Notes under the pieces: model-generated
What the model saw: the letters and a program-made list of their open reading frames with translations, nothing else
Database searches by the model: none
Told to the model about the DNA's origin: nothing
NCBI GenBank assembly: GCA_035760905.1
Contig: DASTSC010000132.1
Location: forward strand, 7,707-71,706
Direction of reading: 5' to 3'
Source of the DNA: Candidatus Limnocylindrales bacterium
GTDB taxonomy: Bacteria; Chloroflexota; Limnocylindria; Limnocylindrales; CSP1-4
DNA length: 64,000 bases
Position numbers and translations under genes: made by a program
In this document: piece after piece, positions 18,083 through 28,380 of the stretch
Position numbering within the stretch: position 1 is the stretch's first letter
Layout of the letters: the number at the start of each line of letters is the position of its first letter

Positions 18083-18088
18083 TATACT
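18083..18088 (+). promoter_or_regulatory. TATACT -10-like hexamer upstream of ilvE
   Basis: gcgTATACTcg about 80 nt upstream of ilvE ATG; ilvE has AAGGAG RBS at 18149. Confidence 0.25.
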
Positions 18089-18166
18089 CGCCCGGCGGTC
18101 GACGCGGGCCGGCGCGACCCGCCGTCGCCAGCCCTGACACCCGTGACCAAGGAGTCGACCCTCGAC

Positions 18167-19153
18167 ATGCTGACCCAGAAGCCCGACAGCGCGACGCAGC
18201 CGACACCGCAGGCGGCCCAGGCCCCCCGCGACCTCGACAGCCTCATCTGCTACTTCGAGGGCGGCTTCGTGCCGATGCGTGACGCGAAGGTCAGCATCAT
18301 GACCCATGCATTCATGTACGGGACGGCGGTCTTCGAGGGGATCCGCGGGTACTGGAACGCGGAGCAGGGGCAGCTCTACGGGCTGTTCCTCCGCGAGCAC
18401 ATGGAGCGGATCACCCGGTCGTCGCGGATCCTGCTGATGGAGCCGCTTCCGCCCGTCGACGAGCTCGTCGGGCTGGCGGTGGAGGTCGCCCGCCGGAACG
18501 CGTTCCGCGAGGACGTCTACATCCGGCCGCAGGTCTACAAGAAGGACCGGGCGATCGGCGTCAGGCTCCATCATCTCGAGCACGACGTGAGCATCATCGC
18601 GGTGCCGTTCGGCAACTACATCGACGTCGATTCGGGCGTCCGGATCATGACCTCGTCGTGGCGGCGGAACGCCGACGAGGCGCTGCCGGCCCGGGGCAAG
18701 ATCGTCGGCGGCTACGTGAACATGGCGTTCCAGAAGTCCGAGGCCGAGATGAACGGCTTCGACGAGGCACTCGTCCTGACGCCGTCGGGGCACGCCTCGG
18801 AGGCCTCCGCCGCCAACCTGTTCGTCGTTCGCGCCGGGACGATCATCACGCCGCCCGTCTACGACGACATCCTCGAGGGGATCACGAGGACGGCGATCCT
18901 CCGCCTCGCGGACGACCTCGGGATCCCGACCGAGATCCGGTCGATCGACCGGAGCGAGCTGTACGTCGCCGACGAGGTCTTCCTGTGCGGGACCGGGGTC
19001 CAGGTGAGCCCGGTCATCGACGTCGACCATCGACTCGTGGGCGGCGGCCAGGTCGGGCCGATCGCGCGCTCGGTCGCGAAGCGCTACTTCGACGCCGTCA
19101 GGGGGCGGCTGCCCGAGTACCGCGACTGGCTGACGCCCATCCCGAGTGCCTGA
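18167..19153 (+). CDS. ilvE: Branched-chain amino acid aminotransferase
   Basis: Fold-type IV PLP enzyme motifs (FEGIRGY, KIVGGYVNMA with the PLP lysine, ANLFVVRAG, EVFLCGTG); ATG 18167 preceded by AAGGAG. Confidence 0.9.
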   Translation: MLTQKPDSATQPTPQAAQAPRDLDSLICYFEGGFVPMRDAKVSIMTHAFMYGTAVFEGIRGYWNAEQGQLYGLFLREHMERITRSSRILLMEPLPPVDELVGLAVEVARRNAFREDVYIRPQVYKKDRAIGVRLHHLEHDVSIIAVPFGNYIDVDSGVRIMTSSWRRNADEALPARGKIVGGYVNMAFQKSEAEMNGFDEALVLTPSGHASEASAANLFVVRAGTIITPPVYDDILEGITRTAILRLADDLGIPTEIRSIDRSELYVADEVFLCGTGVQVSPVIDVDHRLVGGGQVGPIARSVAKRYFDAVRGRLPEYRDWLTPIPSA

Positions 19154-20954
19154 GGCAGAGTCCCACTCGGCCAGTCTCCCTGCCGCCGGATCTCCCGAAC
19201 AGGTCGACACCACCCGGCAGGCCGTCGACCGCGCGACCGGCACGACGCCCGCTCTCGTCGCGGCCCCGAAGGGTCGCGCGCGGGCGACGACGGCTCGCGT
19301 GCCGCGCTCCCAGCGGCTGCTCGAGGTCGTCCCGGGCGTGGTCACCTGGGCCCTGATCCTCGCCCCGATCGTCCTGTCGTGGCGGTATCCCGAGGTCGTG
19401 GCCTGGTTCGTCCTCACCTTCGACTTCTACTGGTTCTACAAGGCGGTCATGCTGACCGGCAGCGTGATCGTCTCGTTCACGCGGATCCGGCGCGTCGTCG
19501 GGATCGACTGGCGCGAGCGGACGTTCGCCCTGGCCGACCTCGCGGGCCGCGAGGCCGAGCTCGGACAGCGGATCCGGTCGGTCGAGGCCGCCCTGGCGAA
19601 CCTCGACGGACGCGGCGGTCGCCTGGCGGCCGCCGGCGGTCGAGCGCGACTCGCTCGTCTCCGCGACGAGCAGCGCCAGGTCCAGCGGCTTCGGGCTCGA
19701 CGCGGCACGCCGATCCCGGATCCACGGCGGCTCTGGCACGTGGCCCTCATCCCGACCTACACCGAGCCGTTCGAGAAGCTCTACGAGACGGTCGCCGCGC
19801 TCGCTCGGGCCGACTGGCCGACCGAACGAAAGATGGTCGCGATCATCACCCGCGAGACCGACTCGGGCGGCCGGGAGAACGTCGCCCGCCTGCGCGAGCT
19901 CTTCGGCGACCGGTTCCTCCACTTCTTCCACGTCCTCGACCCGCTCGAGGAGGGGATCGTCGTCGGCAAGAGCTCGGCCATGGCCTACGGCGGCCGCTGG
20001 CTCTATCGCGAGCTCGTCCGACTCGGCTTCGACCCGGCGGAGGTCGTCGTCACCGACCTCGACTCCGACTACCGCGTCCACCCCCAGTACTTCGGCTACC
20101 TGTCGTGGACGTTTCTCACCGACCCCGACCGCTTCCGGCGGCTCTATCAGCCGGTCCCGATGTTCCACAACAACCTCTGGGATACGCCGATGCCCGTCCG
20201 CCTCGTGGCCGTCGGGGCGACGCAGGTCCAGATGTGGCGGTCGCTCACGCCGGAGCGCCTCATCTCGTTCTCGTCCTATGGCGTCTCGCTGCAGACCGTC
20301 CACGAGGTCGACTACTGGGCGACCGACGCGATCCCCGAGGACAGCCGCTTCTACTGGAAGTCGTTCTTCCGCTACAGCGGCGAGTTCCGGGCCGTGCCGC
20401 TCTTCATCCCGATGTACGGCGACGCGGTTCGGGCACGCTCGTACCCCCGGACGCTCGTCGAGCAGTACATGCAGATCCGACGCTGGGCCTGGGGTGTCAC
20501 CGACATCCCGTTCTACATCCGGAACGCGATCGAGCATCACGAGATCCCGCGCGGCCAGCGGATCAGGCGGCTCCTCGACCTCTGGCTCGACCACATCAAC
20601 TGGGCGATCGCGCCGTTCGTGATCCTGTTCGGGTCGAACCTGCCGCTCCTCATCAGCACCTGGATCGGCAACCGCGACTTCGCCTACTCGCCGCTGGGCC
20701 AGAACCTGCCGCTCTACGCGACGTGGCTGCTGACCGGGGCGTTCTGCTGCCTCGTCGTGCTCGTCTACGTCGAGGATCGGATCGCACCGCCGCGGCCCGC
20801 GTCCTGGGGGCCGCTCCAACACCTCACGGCCTGGCTCCAATGGCTCTTCCTGCCGGTCGTCGGGCTGTTCTTCAGCAATCTGCCCGCCCTCGACGCCCAG
20901 ACGCGGCTCATGACCGGGCGCTACCTCGAGTACCGGGTCACGCCAAAGGCGTAG
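19146..20954 (+). CDS. Integral-membrane family-2 glycosyltransferase, processive (cellulose/chitin-synthase-like) type
   Basis: Catalytic motifs in order: D (ITRETD), DxD (TDLDSD), ED (IPEDSRFYWK) and QxxRW (QIRRWAWG); N- and C-terminal TM helices; GTG start overlaps ilvE stop. Confidence 0.65.
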   Translation: MPEAESHSASLPAAGSPEQVDTTRQAVDRATGTTPALVAAPKGRARATTARVPRSQRLLEVVPGVVTWALILAPIVLSWRYPEVVAWFVLTFDFYWFYKAVMLTGSVIVSFTRIRRVVGIDWRERTFALADLAGREAELGQRIRSVEAALANLDGRGGRLAAAGGRARLARLRDEQRQVQRLRARRGTPIPDPRRLWHVALIPTYTEPFEKLYETVAALARADWPTERKMVAIITRETDSGGRENVARLRELFGDRFLHFFHVLDPLEEGIVVGKSSAMAYGGRWLYRELVRLGFDPAEVVVTDLDSDYRVHPQYFGYLSWTFLTDPDRFRRLYQPVPMFHNNLWDTPMPVRLVAVGATQVQMWRSLTPERLISFSSYGVSLQTVHEVDYWATDAIPEDSRFYWKSFFRYSGEFRAVPLFIPMYGDAVRARSYPRTLVEQYMQIRRWAWGVTDIPFYIRNAIEHHEIPRGQRIRRLLDLWLDHINWAIAPFVILFGSNLPLLISTWIGNRDFAYSPLGQNLPLYATWLLTGAFCCLVVLVYVEDRIAPPRPASWGPLQHLTAWLQWLFLPVVGLFFSNLPALDAQTRLMTGRYLEYRVTPKA

Positions 20955-20999
20955 ACCGCCAGCGAAGCCCGCCACCGTGGCGGCCGCTCCGCGCGCGAC

Positions 21000-22811
21000 C
21001 TACCCGCCGGGCGGCGGCGTGAAGGTCGGCGTGGAGCGGGCCGTGGTGACGATGATGTCGACGAGAACGGTCGGGTCGGTCGCGGTCGTCGGTGTCACGC
21101 CGAAGAGCTTGGCGAGGTAGGCGACGGTCGCCGGGTCCTTCGTCTCGGCGCCGTTGTAGACGACGATCTTCGTCCGCTTCGGACGCCGGCTCGCGCTGCC
21201 CGTGGGGGAGGAGGCATCCACGCCCTGGGTCTGGAGGTAGGCCGCGATGCTGCCGGCCTGGCCCGAGATCCCCGAGCCGTTGAGGATCCAGACGCGGGCG
21301 TGCTCCTCGGCCAGGGCCTCGCGCTGGGCCTCGGCGGCCGGGTCGCTCGTGAACGCTCCGGCGACCGCCTTCCGGATCCGCTGGATGTTCGGCTCGATCC
21401 GGTAGCCGCGCGGATCGCTCTGCCAGCCCGCGTCGGAGCCGTAGAGCGGCGGCGCGAAGACGAACGATCGGACCTCCTTCGTGTCGACACCGGAGGCGAC
21501 GTTCAGGAGCTGGGGCAGGAGGCCCGCCGGGATGTCGGTCTGGACGGCGTTCTCGAGCGCGCCGATCAGCTCGTCGAGCTTCGGCAGCATCGTCGCCGGG
21601 TCGACCTGCGCCCGGAGCGAGATGAGCACCTTCTGCTGGCGGGCCGCCCGGTCGAAGTCGTTCGAGCCGTGCCTCGAACGGGCGTAGATCAGTGCTTCGG
21701 ACCCGTCCATGTGCTGATAGCCGGCCGGGATGTAGACGCGCCCCTTGTTCCCGCCGCCGATCGGATAGTCGTCGTCGACGACCGGGACCTGGACGTTGAT
21801 CGAGACGCCGCCGAGGGCGTCGACGACCTGCTTGAAGCCGGTGAAGTTGACCTCGACGTAGTAGCGGATGTCGATCCCGTAGAGGTTGCCGAGGATCGCC
21901 TTGAGGGCCGTGTAGCCGGTCCGCTTCTTCGCCCCCGGCCAGAGGTCGCTCCGGCCGAGGTTGTCACGCAGGAAGCCGTTGATCTTGCCGCGGTAGGCGG
22001 AGCCGAAGACGGCCTGGGCAGGTCCCGGCGGCAGGGGGATGTCGACCATGTCGCGGGGCAGGCTGAACATCGCGACCTGGTGGGACTGCGGGTCGACCGA
22101 GACGACGATCATCGTGTCGGTGTTGTAGGTGTTGTCGCGCGGTCGCTGGTCGGACCCGATCAGCAGGATGTTGAAGCGCTTCGTCAGGTCGGGCGGTGGC
22201 GTGGCGGTCGCGCTCGGCAGGTCCGTGCCGACGCTGCCGATGACGGTCGGCGCGATCGTGGGCTCGCTCGTGGAGCCGGCCGTGGGGCTCGCCCCGGGGT
22301 CGGCCCCGGCGCCGTCGTCGCCGCAGTTGGCGGTCCCGGTGTCGTCGAAGACGCAGCCGACGAGCGAGCTCAATTTGAGGTCGTACTGGGCGACCGCGAC
22401 GTGGGCGGCCGACATCACGAGAAGGACGCCGAGGAGGCCGGCGACGGGGATGGGCCGGACCGGCACCCGCGGCCGCCCGAGCCGTCCTCCGCCCGACGCC
22501 TCGAACGCGTTCACGTACGACACGACCCGCCAGGCGTCGAGGATGGCGGCGGCGCGGTAGACGAGCAGGATGACGTTGACGACGAAGATGAAGCCGAGGT
22601 TCGCGGCGGCATAGCCGAGCAGCTCGTACTGGTTCATCCGCGTCAGGAGACCCGCGACGAGGGCGATCGCGAGGATCGCCGGCGCCGCCCAGGCGAGCGC
22701 GCGAGCGTAGGCGCCGCCGTAGGCGTGCCCGAGACCCGGGAAGAGGAGCGACAGGAACGCCGCGGCGAAGGCGCTGCGGCCGCGTGGCAGCGGCCGCTCC
22801 GGTGACGGCAT
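21000..22811 (-). CDS. LytR-CpsA-Psr (LCP) family cell-wall polymer phosphotransferase with multi-pass N-terminal membrane domain and C-terminal LytR_C domain
   Basis: LCP core (ILLIGSDQRPRDNTYNTDTMIVVSV...SLPRD...GFKQVVDALGGV); about 4 N-terminal TM helices. Confidence 0.8.
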   Translation of the reverse strand: MPSPERPLPRGRSAFAAAFLSLLFPGLGHAYGGAYARALAWAAPAILAIALVAGLLTRMNQYELLGYAAANLGFIFVVNVILLVYRAAAILDAWRVVSYVNAFEASGGGRLGRPRVPVRPIPVAGLLGVLLVMSAAHVAVAQYDLKLSSLVGCVFDDTGTANCGDDGAGADPGASPTAGSTSEPTIAPTVIGSVGTDLPSATATPPPDLTKRFNILLIGSDQRPRDNTYNTDTMIVVSVDPQSHQVAMFSLPRDMVDIPLPPGPAQAVFGSAYRGKINGFLRDNLGRSDLWPGAKKRTGYTALKAILGNLYGIDIRYYVEVNFTGFKQVVDALGGVSINVQVPVVDDDYPIGGGNKGRVYIPAGYQHMDGSEALIYARSRHGSNDFDRAARQQKVLISLRAQVDPATMLPKLDELIGALENAVQTDIPAGLLPQLLNVASGVDTKEVRSFVFAPPLYGSDAGWQSDPRGYRIEPNIQRIRKAVAGAFTSDPAAEAQREALAEEHARVWILNGSGISGQAGSIAAYLQTQGVDASSPTGSASRRPKRTKIVVYNGAETKDPATVAYLAKLFGVTPTTATDPTVLVDIIVTTARSTPTFTPPPGG

Positions 22812-22855
22812 CGCGGGTACGATACGCGAACCCCCGGTCCGCCGTTGCGAGGCAG

Positions 22856-25800
22856 ATGTTCGCACCCGTCACCCCGAAACCCGACCTCGTCGCCCAGGAG
22901 CACGAGATCCTCGCCCTCTGGCGCGAGCGCCGGACGTTTGCCCGTCTCCGCGCCCAGAACGCCGACGGTCCGCGCTGGAGCTTTCTCGACGGCCCGATCA
23001 CCGCCAACAACCCGATGGGCGTCCACCACGCCTGGGGCCGGACGTACAAGGACCTCTACCAGCGCTTCCACGCGATGCTCGGCGAGGACCAGCGCTGGCA
23101 GAACGGCTTCGACTGCCAGGGCCTGTGGGTCGAGGTCAACGTCGAGCGGGATCTCGGCTTCACCTCGAAGCGCGACATCGAGGACTACGGGATCGCGGCC
23201 TTCGTCTCGCTCTGCAAGCAGCGCGTCCTGACGTTCGCGGCCCGCCAGACGGAGCAGTCGATCCGGCTGGGCTACTGGATGGCCTGGGACGACCCCGACG
23301 AGCTGCGCCGGCTGCGCGACCGGCTGGCCGCCGACCCGTCGCAGGAGGTCACGCTCGAGGGCCCGCGGGGACCCGTCAGCGACACCGTCGAGATGATCGT
23401 CGGCCGGCTCGGGACGGCGGATCTCGGCGGCAGCTACTACACGTTCAGCAACGAGAACAACTACCTCATCTGGAGCTTCCTCGCCGAGTGCCACCGGCGG
23501 GGCTGGCTCTACAAGGGCCACGACACGATGCCGTGGTGCGCCCGCTGCGGGACCGGGATCTCGCAGATGGAGATGAACGAGGGATACCAGGACCGGGAGG
23601 ACCCGGGCCTCACCGTTCTCCTGCCGCTCGTCGATCGGCCGGGCGAGTCGCTCCTCGTCTGGACAACGACGCCGTGGACGCTCGCGGCGAACGTGGCCGC
23701 GGCCGTCGGGCCGGACCTCCGCTACGTCAGGATCCGCCAGGCCGATCGCGAGCTCTGGCTGGGGCGAGGGACGCTGAAGCAGGCGATCGACCCGGCCCTC
23801 GGCCCGTTCGAGGTCCTCGAGGAGCGACCGGGGTCCGAGCTCGTGGGCTGGAGGTACGCCGGCCCGTTCGACGACCTGGCGGCGGTCCGCGAGGCGTTCG
23901 GGACGGCGGGGTACGAACACCGGGTCGTCGCCTGGGACGAGGTCGGCGAGGAGGAGGGGACGGGGATCGTCCACATCGCGCCGGGCTGCGGCGCCGAGGA
24001 CTACGCGCTCGGCAAGGAGCTCGGGCTGCCGATGATCGCGCCGCTCGACGAGTTCGGCGTCTACGTGCCCGGATTCGGGCCGCTGTCAGGCCGCGACGTT
24101 CGTGACGTGACGGATCAGATCGTCGAGCACCTCAAGCGCGAGGGCGCGTTCTACCGGCTGGAGGCGTACCGCCACCGCTACCCGCACTGCTGGCGGTGCG
24201 GGACACCGCTCGTCTTCCGCCTCGTCGACGAGTGGTACATCAGCATGGGTCCGGTCTACGACCGGCCGCGTTCGGAGCTGACCCCCGAGGAGGTCGACGC
24301 CAGCCTCCGCTACCAGATCATGGAGGTCGTCGACCGGATCCGGTGGATCCCGTCGTTCGGCTACGAGCGGGAGCTCGACTGGCTCCTGAACATGCACGAC
24401 TGGATGATCAGCAAGAAGCGCTACTGGGGATTGGCGCTGCCGATCTACGACTGCCCGTCGTGCGGCACGTTCGACGTCGTCGGCGGCGAGGAGGAGCTGC
24501 GCGAGCGGGCGGTTGCCGGCTGGGAGGCGTTCGCCGGTCACACCCCGCACCGACCGTGGGTCGACGCGGTGCAGATCGCCTGCCGCGGTTGCGGCCGGCC
24601 GGTATCCCGGATCAGCGACGTCGGCAACCCGTGGCTCGACGCCGGGATCGTGCCGTTCTCGACGCTCCACTACCGGACCGACCCCGAGTACTGGCGCCGC
24701 TGGTTCCCGGCCGACTTCGTCACCGAGAGCTTCCCCGGCCAGTTCCGCAACTGGTTCTACGCGATGCTCGCGATGAGCACCGTTCTTCGGCGCGAGGCGC
24801 CGTTCAAGGAGCTCTTCGGCTACGCGACGCTGTTCGGCGAGGACGGCCGGCCGATGCACAAGAGCTCGGGCAACGCGATCGACTTCGACGAGGCCGCCGA
24901 GCGGATGGGCGTCGACGTGATGCGCTGGCTCTTCGTGACCGCCCGGCCCGAGGACAACATCCTCTTCGGTTGGCACGCCGCCGACGCCGCGCGACGCGAG
25001 CTGCTCGTTCTCTGGAACGCCTACGCGTTCTTCGTGACCTATGCCCGCCTCGCGGGGTGGGCGCCGGAGGAGGGGATCGACGAGGCGATCGGGCGGGCAC
25101 GGGCGAACGGTCGCGACTGGCGCGCGCTCGACCGCTGGGTCCTGTCGCGCGCGGCGGGCCTCGCGGGCAGGGTCGACGAGCGCCTGCGCGACGTCGACGC
25201 GCGGGCGGCGGCAGAGGCCGTGAGCGGGTTCATCGACGACCTGTCGACCTGGTACGTCCGGCTGTCGCGCGAGCGGATGCGCCGCAACGAGGACCCGGTC
25301 GACCGCGACGCCGCCCTTGCCACGCTCCACGCGGCGCTCGTCGTGTTCGTTCGGATCGCGGCGCCGATGCTGCCGTTCCTGTCCGAGGCGATCTACGGCA
25401 ACCTCATGGGCTCGGTGCCGGGGGTTCCCGACAGCGTCCACCTGACGCGCTTCCCGGCAGGCGAGACCGCCGCCTGGCGCGACGAGCCGCTCGAGGGTTC
25501 GATGCGTCTCGCTCGGCGAGCGGTCGAGCTCGCCCGGACGCTTCGGTCCCAGGCCGGCATCCGGACCCGCCAGCCGCTCGCCCGGATGTGGCTGGCGATC
25601 CCGACGGCGCTCGTCGCCGAGGCCGAGCTCCTCGCGCTCATCGCCGACGAGGTGAACGTCAGGGCGGTCGAACGGATCGGCGACGAATCCGAGCTCGTCG
25701 AGCAGCGGATCAAGCCGCTCCTGCCGAAGATCGGGCAGCGACTCGGACCGAAGATCCCGGAGGTCATGGCGGCCGCTCGCGAGGGTCGGTTCGAGCTCCG

Positions 25801-26203
25801 CTCCGACGGTTCGGTCGAGCTCGCCGGCGTGGTCCTCGCGCCCGACGAGGTGGAGGTCCTCGCCACGCCCCGGCCGGGAACTGCCGTGGCCCACGACGAG
25901 GGTCTCGTCGTCGTCATCGACACGGAGCTGACGCCCGGGCTCGTCGCGGAGGGCGACGCACGCGAGCTCACGCGCTCGATCCAGGACCTCCGCCGTTCGG
26001 TCGGGCTCGAGCTCGACGACCGGATCGAGGTCTGGGTCGACGGCCTGGACGGGCGCCTCGACAGCCTGCTCGACGCGGTCGCGGCCGACACCCTCGCGGT
26101 CGCGATCAGCCGGGCCGCCCCGCCACCGGACGCGGCCTCGACGGCCGTCGACCTCGGTGGGGCGAGTCTCCGGGTCGGCCTCCGCCCGGTGAAGGCGGGC
26201 TGA
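22856..26203 (+). CDS. ileS: Isoleucyl-tRNA synthetase (type 2-like)
   Basis: HMGH-type class I signature (NNPMGVHHAWGRT), editing-domain and zinc-knuckle motifs, KMSKS-variant (MHKSSGN); ATG 22856 chosen by N-terminal conservation. Confidence 0.9.
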   Translation: MFAPVTPKPDLVAQEHEILALWRERRTFARLRAQNADGPRWSFLDGPITANNPMGVHHAWGRTYKDLYQRFHAMLGEDQRWQNGFDCQGLWVEVNVERDLGFTSKRDIEDYGIAAFVSLCKQRVLTFAARQTEQSIRLGYWMAWDDPDELRRLRDRLAADPSQEVTLEGPRGPVSDTVEMIVGRLGTADLGGSYYTFSNENNYLIWSFLAECHRRGWLYKGHDTMPWCARCGTGISQMEMNEGYQDREDPGLTVLLPLVDRPGESLLVWTTTPWTLAANVAAAVGPDLRYVRIRQADRELWLGRGTLKQAIDPALGPFEVLEERPGSELVGWRYAGPFDDLAAVREAFGTAGYEHRVVAWDEVGEEEGTGIVHIAPGCGAEDYALGKELGLPMIAPLDEFGVYVPGFGPLSGRDVRDVTDQIVEHLKREGAFYRLEAYRHRYPHCWRCGTPLVFRLVDEWYISMGPVYDRPRSELTPEEVDASLRYQIMEVVDRIRWIPSFGYERELDWLLNMHDWMISKKRYWGLALPIYDCPSCGTFDVVGGEEELRERAVAGWEAFAGHTPHRPWVDAVQIACRGCGRPVSRISDVGNPWLDAGIVPFSTLHYRTDPEYWRRWFPADFVTESFPGQFRNWFYAMLAMSTVLRREAPFKELFGYATLFGEDGRPMHKSSGNAIDFDEAAERMGVDVMRWLFVTARPEDNILFGWHAADAARRELLVLWNAYAFFVTYARLAGWAPEEGIDEAIGRARANGRDWRALDRWVLSRAAGLAGRVDERLRDVDARAAAEAVSGFIDDLSTWYVRLSRERMRRNEDPVDRDAALATLHAALVVFVRIAAPMLPFLSEAIYGNLMGSVPGVPDSVHLTRFPAGETAAWRDEPLEGSMRLARRAVELARTLRSQAGIRTRQPLARMWLAIPTALVAEAELLALIADEVNVRAVERIGDESELVEQRIKPLLPKIGQRLGPKIPEVMAAAREGRFELRSDGSVELAGVVLAPDEVEVLATPRPGTAVAHDEGLVVVIDTELTPGLVAEGDARELTRSIQDLRRSVGLELDDRIEVWVDGLDGRLDSLLDAVAADTLAVAISRAAPPPDAASTAVDLGGASLRVGLRPVKAG

Positions 26204-26207
26204 CGGC

Positions 26208-26747
26208 ATGACGCGGACGACCGCGCCGCGCTGGATCCTCTTCGTCGGGCTCGCGGCCGCGGTCGTCGTGCTCGACCAGGCAACGAAGGCGATCGTGGCG
26301 GCGAACCTCTCGCCCGGTCAGTCCGTCGACGTCGTCGGCGATCTGGTCCGGATCGTGTTCGGGCAGAACAACGGCGGTCTCTTCGGCATGTTTCGCGGCC
26401 AGGCGCCGGTCTTCGCCGTCGTCTCGCTCGGCGTCGTCGTCCTCATCGTCGTCTACGAGGCGCATGCCGGCGCCTCGGTCGCCGCGACGGTCGCCCTCGG
26501 GCTGCTCCTTGGCGGCGCCCTCGGCAACCTGGTCGATCGGGTCCGGGTCGGCTACGTCCTCGACTTCGTGGACGCGGGGATCGGCAACCTCCGCTGGTAC
26601 ACGTTCAACGTCGCCGACGCGGCGATCAGCACCTCGATCGTCCTGCTCGTCGCGCTCGCGGTCCTCGGCGAGTGGGACGACCGCCAGCGCCGGGTCCGCG
26701 GCAGCGCCGACGGGCCGCTCGCGTCGCGCGGCGAGGGACCACAGTGA
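26208..26747 (+). CDS. lspA: Lipoprotein signal peptidase II
   Basis: Four TM helices, conserved NxGxxFG and FNVAD aspartate motifs; classic ileS-lspA linkage. Confidence 0.85.
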   Translation: MTRTTAPRWILFVGLAAAVVVLDQATKAIVAANLSPGQSVDVVGDLVRIVFGQNNGGLFGMFRGQAPVFAVVSLGVVVLIVVYEAHAGASVAATVALGLLLGGALGNLVDRVRVGYVLDFVDAGIGNLRWYTFNVADAAISTSIVLLVALAVLGEWDDRQRRVRGSADGPLASRGEGPQ

Positions 26748-27700
26748 GCGTGGCGGTCGGCCGCCGGACGTTCACGGTCCCCGAGGGCCGGGATCGCCGC
26801 CGCGTCGACCGCTACGTCGCCGACGTGACCGGGTTGTCGCGGAGCTTCGTCCAGCGACTCATCGGCGACGGTCGTCTGACGGCCGACGGGGTGGCGGTCC
26901 GGCCGAACGCGATCGTCACGCCCGGGACGGTGCTCGAGCTCGACGTGCCGCCGCCCGAGGAGGCGCCCCATCTCGTGCCCGACCCGACGATCCCGGTCCG
27001 CGTCGTCTACGAGGATCCGGCGGTCCTCGTCGTCGACAAGCCGGCCGGGCTCGTCGTCCATCCGGCGCCGGGCCACTGGGACGGGACCCTCGTCAACGCT
27101 CTCCTCGCCCACGCCCCGGAGGGCGAGGCCGCGTTCGGCGGGATCGCCGGCGTCCGCCGGCCCGGGATCGTCCATCGCCTCGATCGCGACACGTCGGGGC
27201 TGCTCATGGTCGCTCGCAACGACGCGGCGCAGTCGAGCCTGATGGCCCAGCTCAAGGCCCGGCGGGTGAAGAAGACGTACCTCGCGCTCGTCGCCGGCTC
27301 ACCCGCCGCGAGCGTGGGCCGGATCGAGGCGCCGCTCGGCCGGGATCCGCGGAACCGGCAGCGGATCGCGGTCGTGCCGGACGGACGGGCCGCGGTCACC
27401 GGCTACCGCGTTCGGGAGCGCTTCGACCGCTGGTCGCTCCTCGAGCTCGACCTCATCACGGGACGGACCCACCAGATCCGGGTCCACCTCGCGGCGATCG
27501 GCCACCCGGTCGCAGGCGACCCGATCTACGGGACGGGCACGTCGCGGCGCGGCCCCGACGGGCTCGAGCGGCTCTTTCTCCATGCCTGGCGGCTCGAGTT
27601 CACGAGCCCTGCCGACGGCCGGCTCGTCCGGGTCGAGTCGCCGCTCCCCGAGGAGCTCGAGGCCGTGCTCGCGACCCTCCGGTCGGCCGAGGCGCGGTGA
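26744..27700 (+). CDS. rluD: RluA-family 23S rRNA pseudouridine synthase (RluD-like) with N-terminal S4 domain
   Basis: HRLDRDTSGLLMVA catalytic Asp motif, GRTHQIRVH; GTG overlaps lspA TGA. Confidence 0.85.
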   Translation: MSVAVGRRTFTVPEGRDRRRVDRYVADVTGLSRSFVQRLIGDGRLTADGVAVRPNAIVTPGTVLELDVPPPEEAPHLVPDPTIPVRVVYEDPAVLVVDKPAGLVVHPAPGHWDGTLVNALLAHAPEGEAAFGGIAGVRRPGIVHRLDRDTSGLLMVARNDAAQSSLMAQLKARRVKKTYLALVAGSPAASVGRIEAPLGRDPRNRQRIAVVPDGRAAVTGYRVRERFDRWSLLELDLITGRTHQIRVHLAAIGHPVAGDPIYGTGTSRRGPDGLERLFLHAWRLEFTSPADGRLVRVESPLPEELEAVLATLRSAEAR

Positions 27701-28371
27701 GCGGGGTGGCCGAGCGGCCGGTCGACGACGGCCTCGCCTCGGGGGCGGGCGGGGCCGGGGACGTCTCGGTCGGCGCGCCGGGAGCCCTCCTGGCGATCAT
27801 CTCGGGCCCGTCGGGCGTCGGCAAGGACACGATCATCGCGGCGATGCGGCGGCGCGACGGCGATCGCTACCACTACGTCACGACCTGCACCACGAGGCCG
27901 CGGCGCCCGGGCGAGGTCGACGGCGTCGACTACCGTTTCCTCAGCCGCGACGCGTTCGAGTCGCTTCGGGGGGCGGGCGGACTGCTCGAGGCGAACCTCG
28001 TCCACGGCCACTGGTACGGGACGCCCCGGTCGGAGGTGGCGGACGCGCTCGCGGCCGGCCGCGACGTCATCCTCAAGATCGACGTCCAGGGCGCCCAGGT
28101 CGTCAAGGAGCGGGTCGCGCACGCGCTCCTCGTGTTCGTCGTGCCGCCGTCGCTCGAGGCGCTCTTCCAGCGGCTCAAGGCCCGCGCGACCGAGACCGCG
28201 GACGAGCTGGAGCTCCGTCAGCGCAACGCGGCCGTCGAGCTCGCTCGCCAGGATGACTACGACTACGTGGTCGTGAACGAGACCGACCAGGTGGAGCGGA
28301 CCGCCGAGCGAATCGAGGCGATCATCCGGGTGGAGAAGCGCAAGCACCCCACTCGCCGAACCGCCGTCTAG
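27697..28371 (+). CDS. gmk: Guanylate kinase
   Basis: P-loop GPSGVGKDT, Y..TTRPRRPGE..G.DY.F guanylate-kinase signature; GTG overlaps rluD TGA. Confidence 0.8.
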   Translation: MSGVAERPVDDGLASGAGGAGDVSVGAPGALLAIISGPSGVGKDTIIAAMRRRDGDRYHYVTTCTTRPRRPGEVDGVDYRFLSRDAFESLRGAGGLLEANLVHGHWYGTPRSEVADALAAGRDVILKIDVQGAQVVKERVAHALLVFVVPPSLEALFQRLKARATETADELELRQRNAAVELARQDDYDYVVVNETDQVERTAERIEAIIRVEKRKHPTRRTAV

Positions 28372-28380
28372 GCCTGGGGC

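Noticed and set aside
16874-18166. N-terminal 430 aa of the 759-aa ORF 16874..19153
   Set aside because: Arg/Gly/Pro-rich and overlaps the CaCA transporter in another frame; the real gene (ilvE) starts at ATG 18167 with an AAGGAG RBS
22812-22855. Possible T-box leader upstream of ileS
   Set aside because: Only 44 nt separate the divergent LCP and ileS start codons; too short for a T-box, and no specifier/T-box sequence seen
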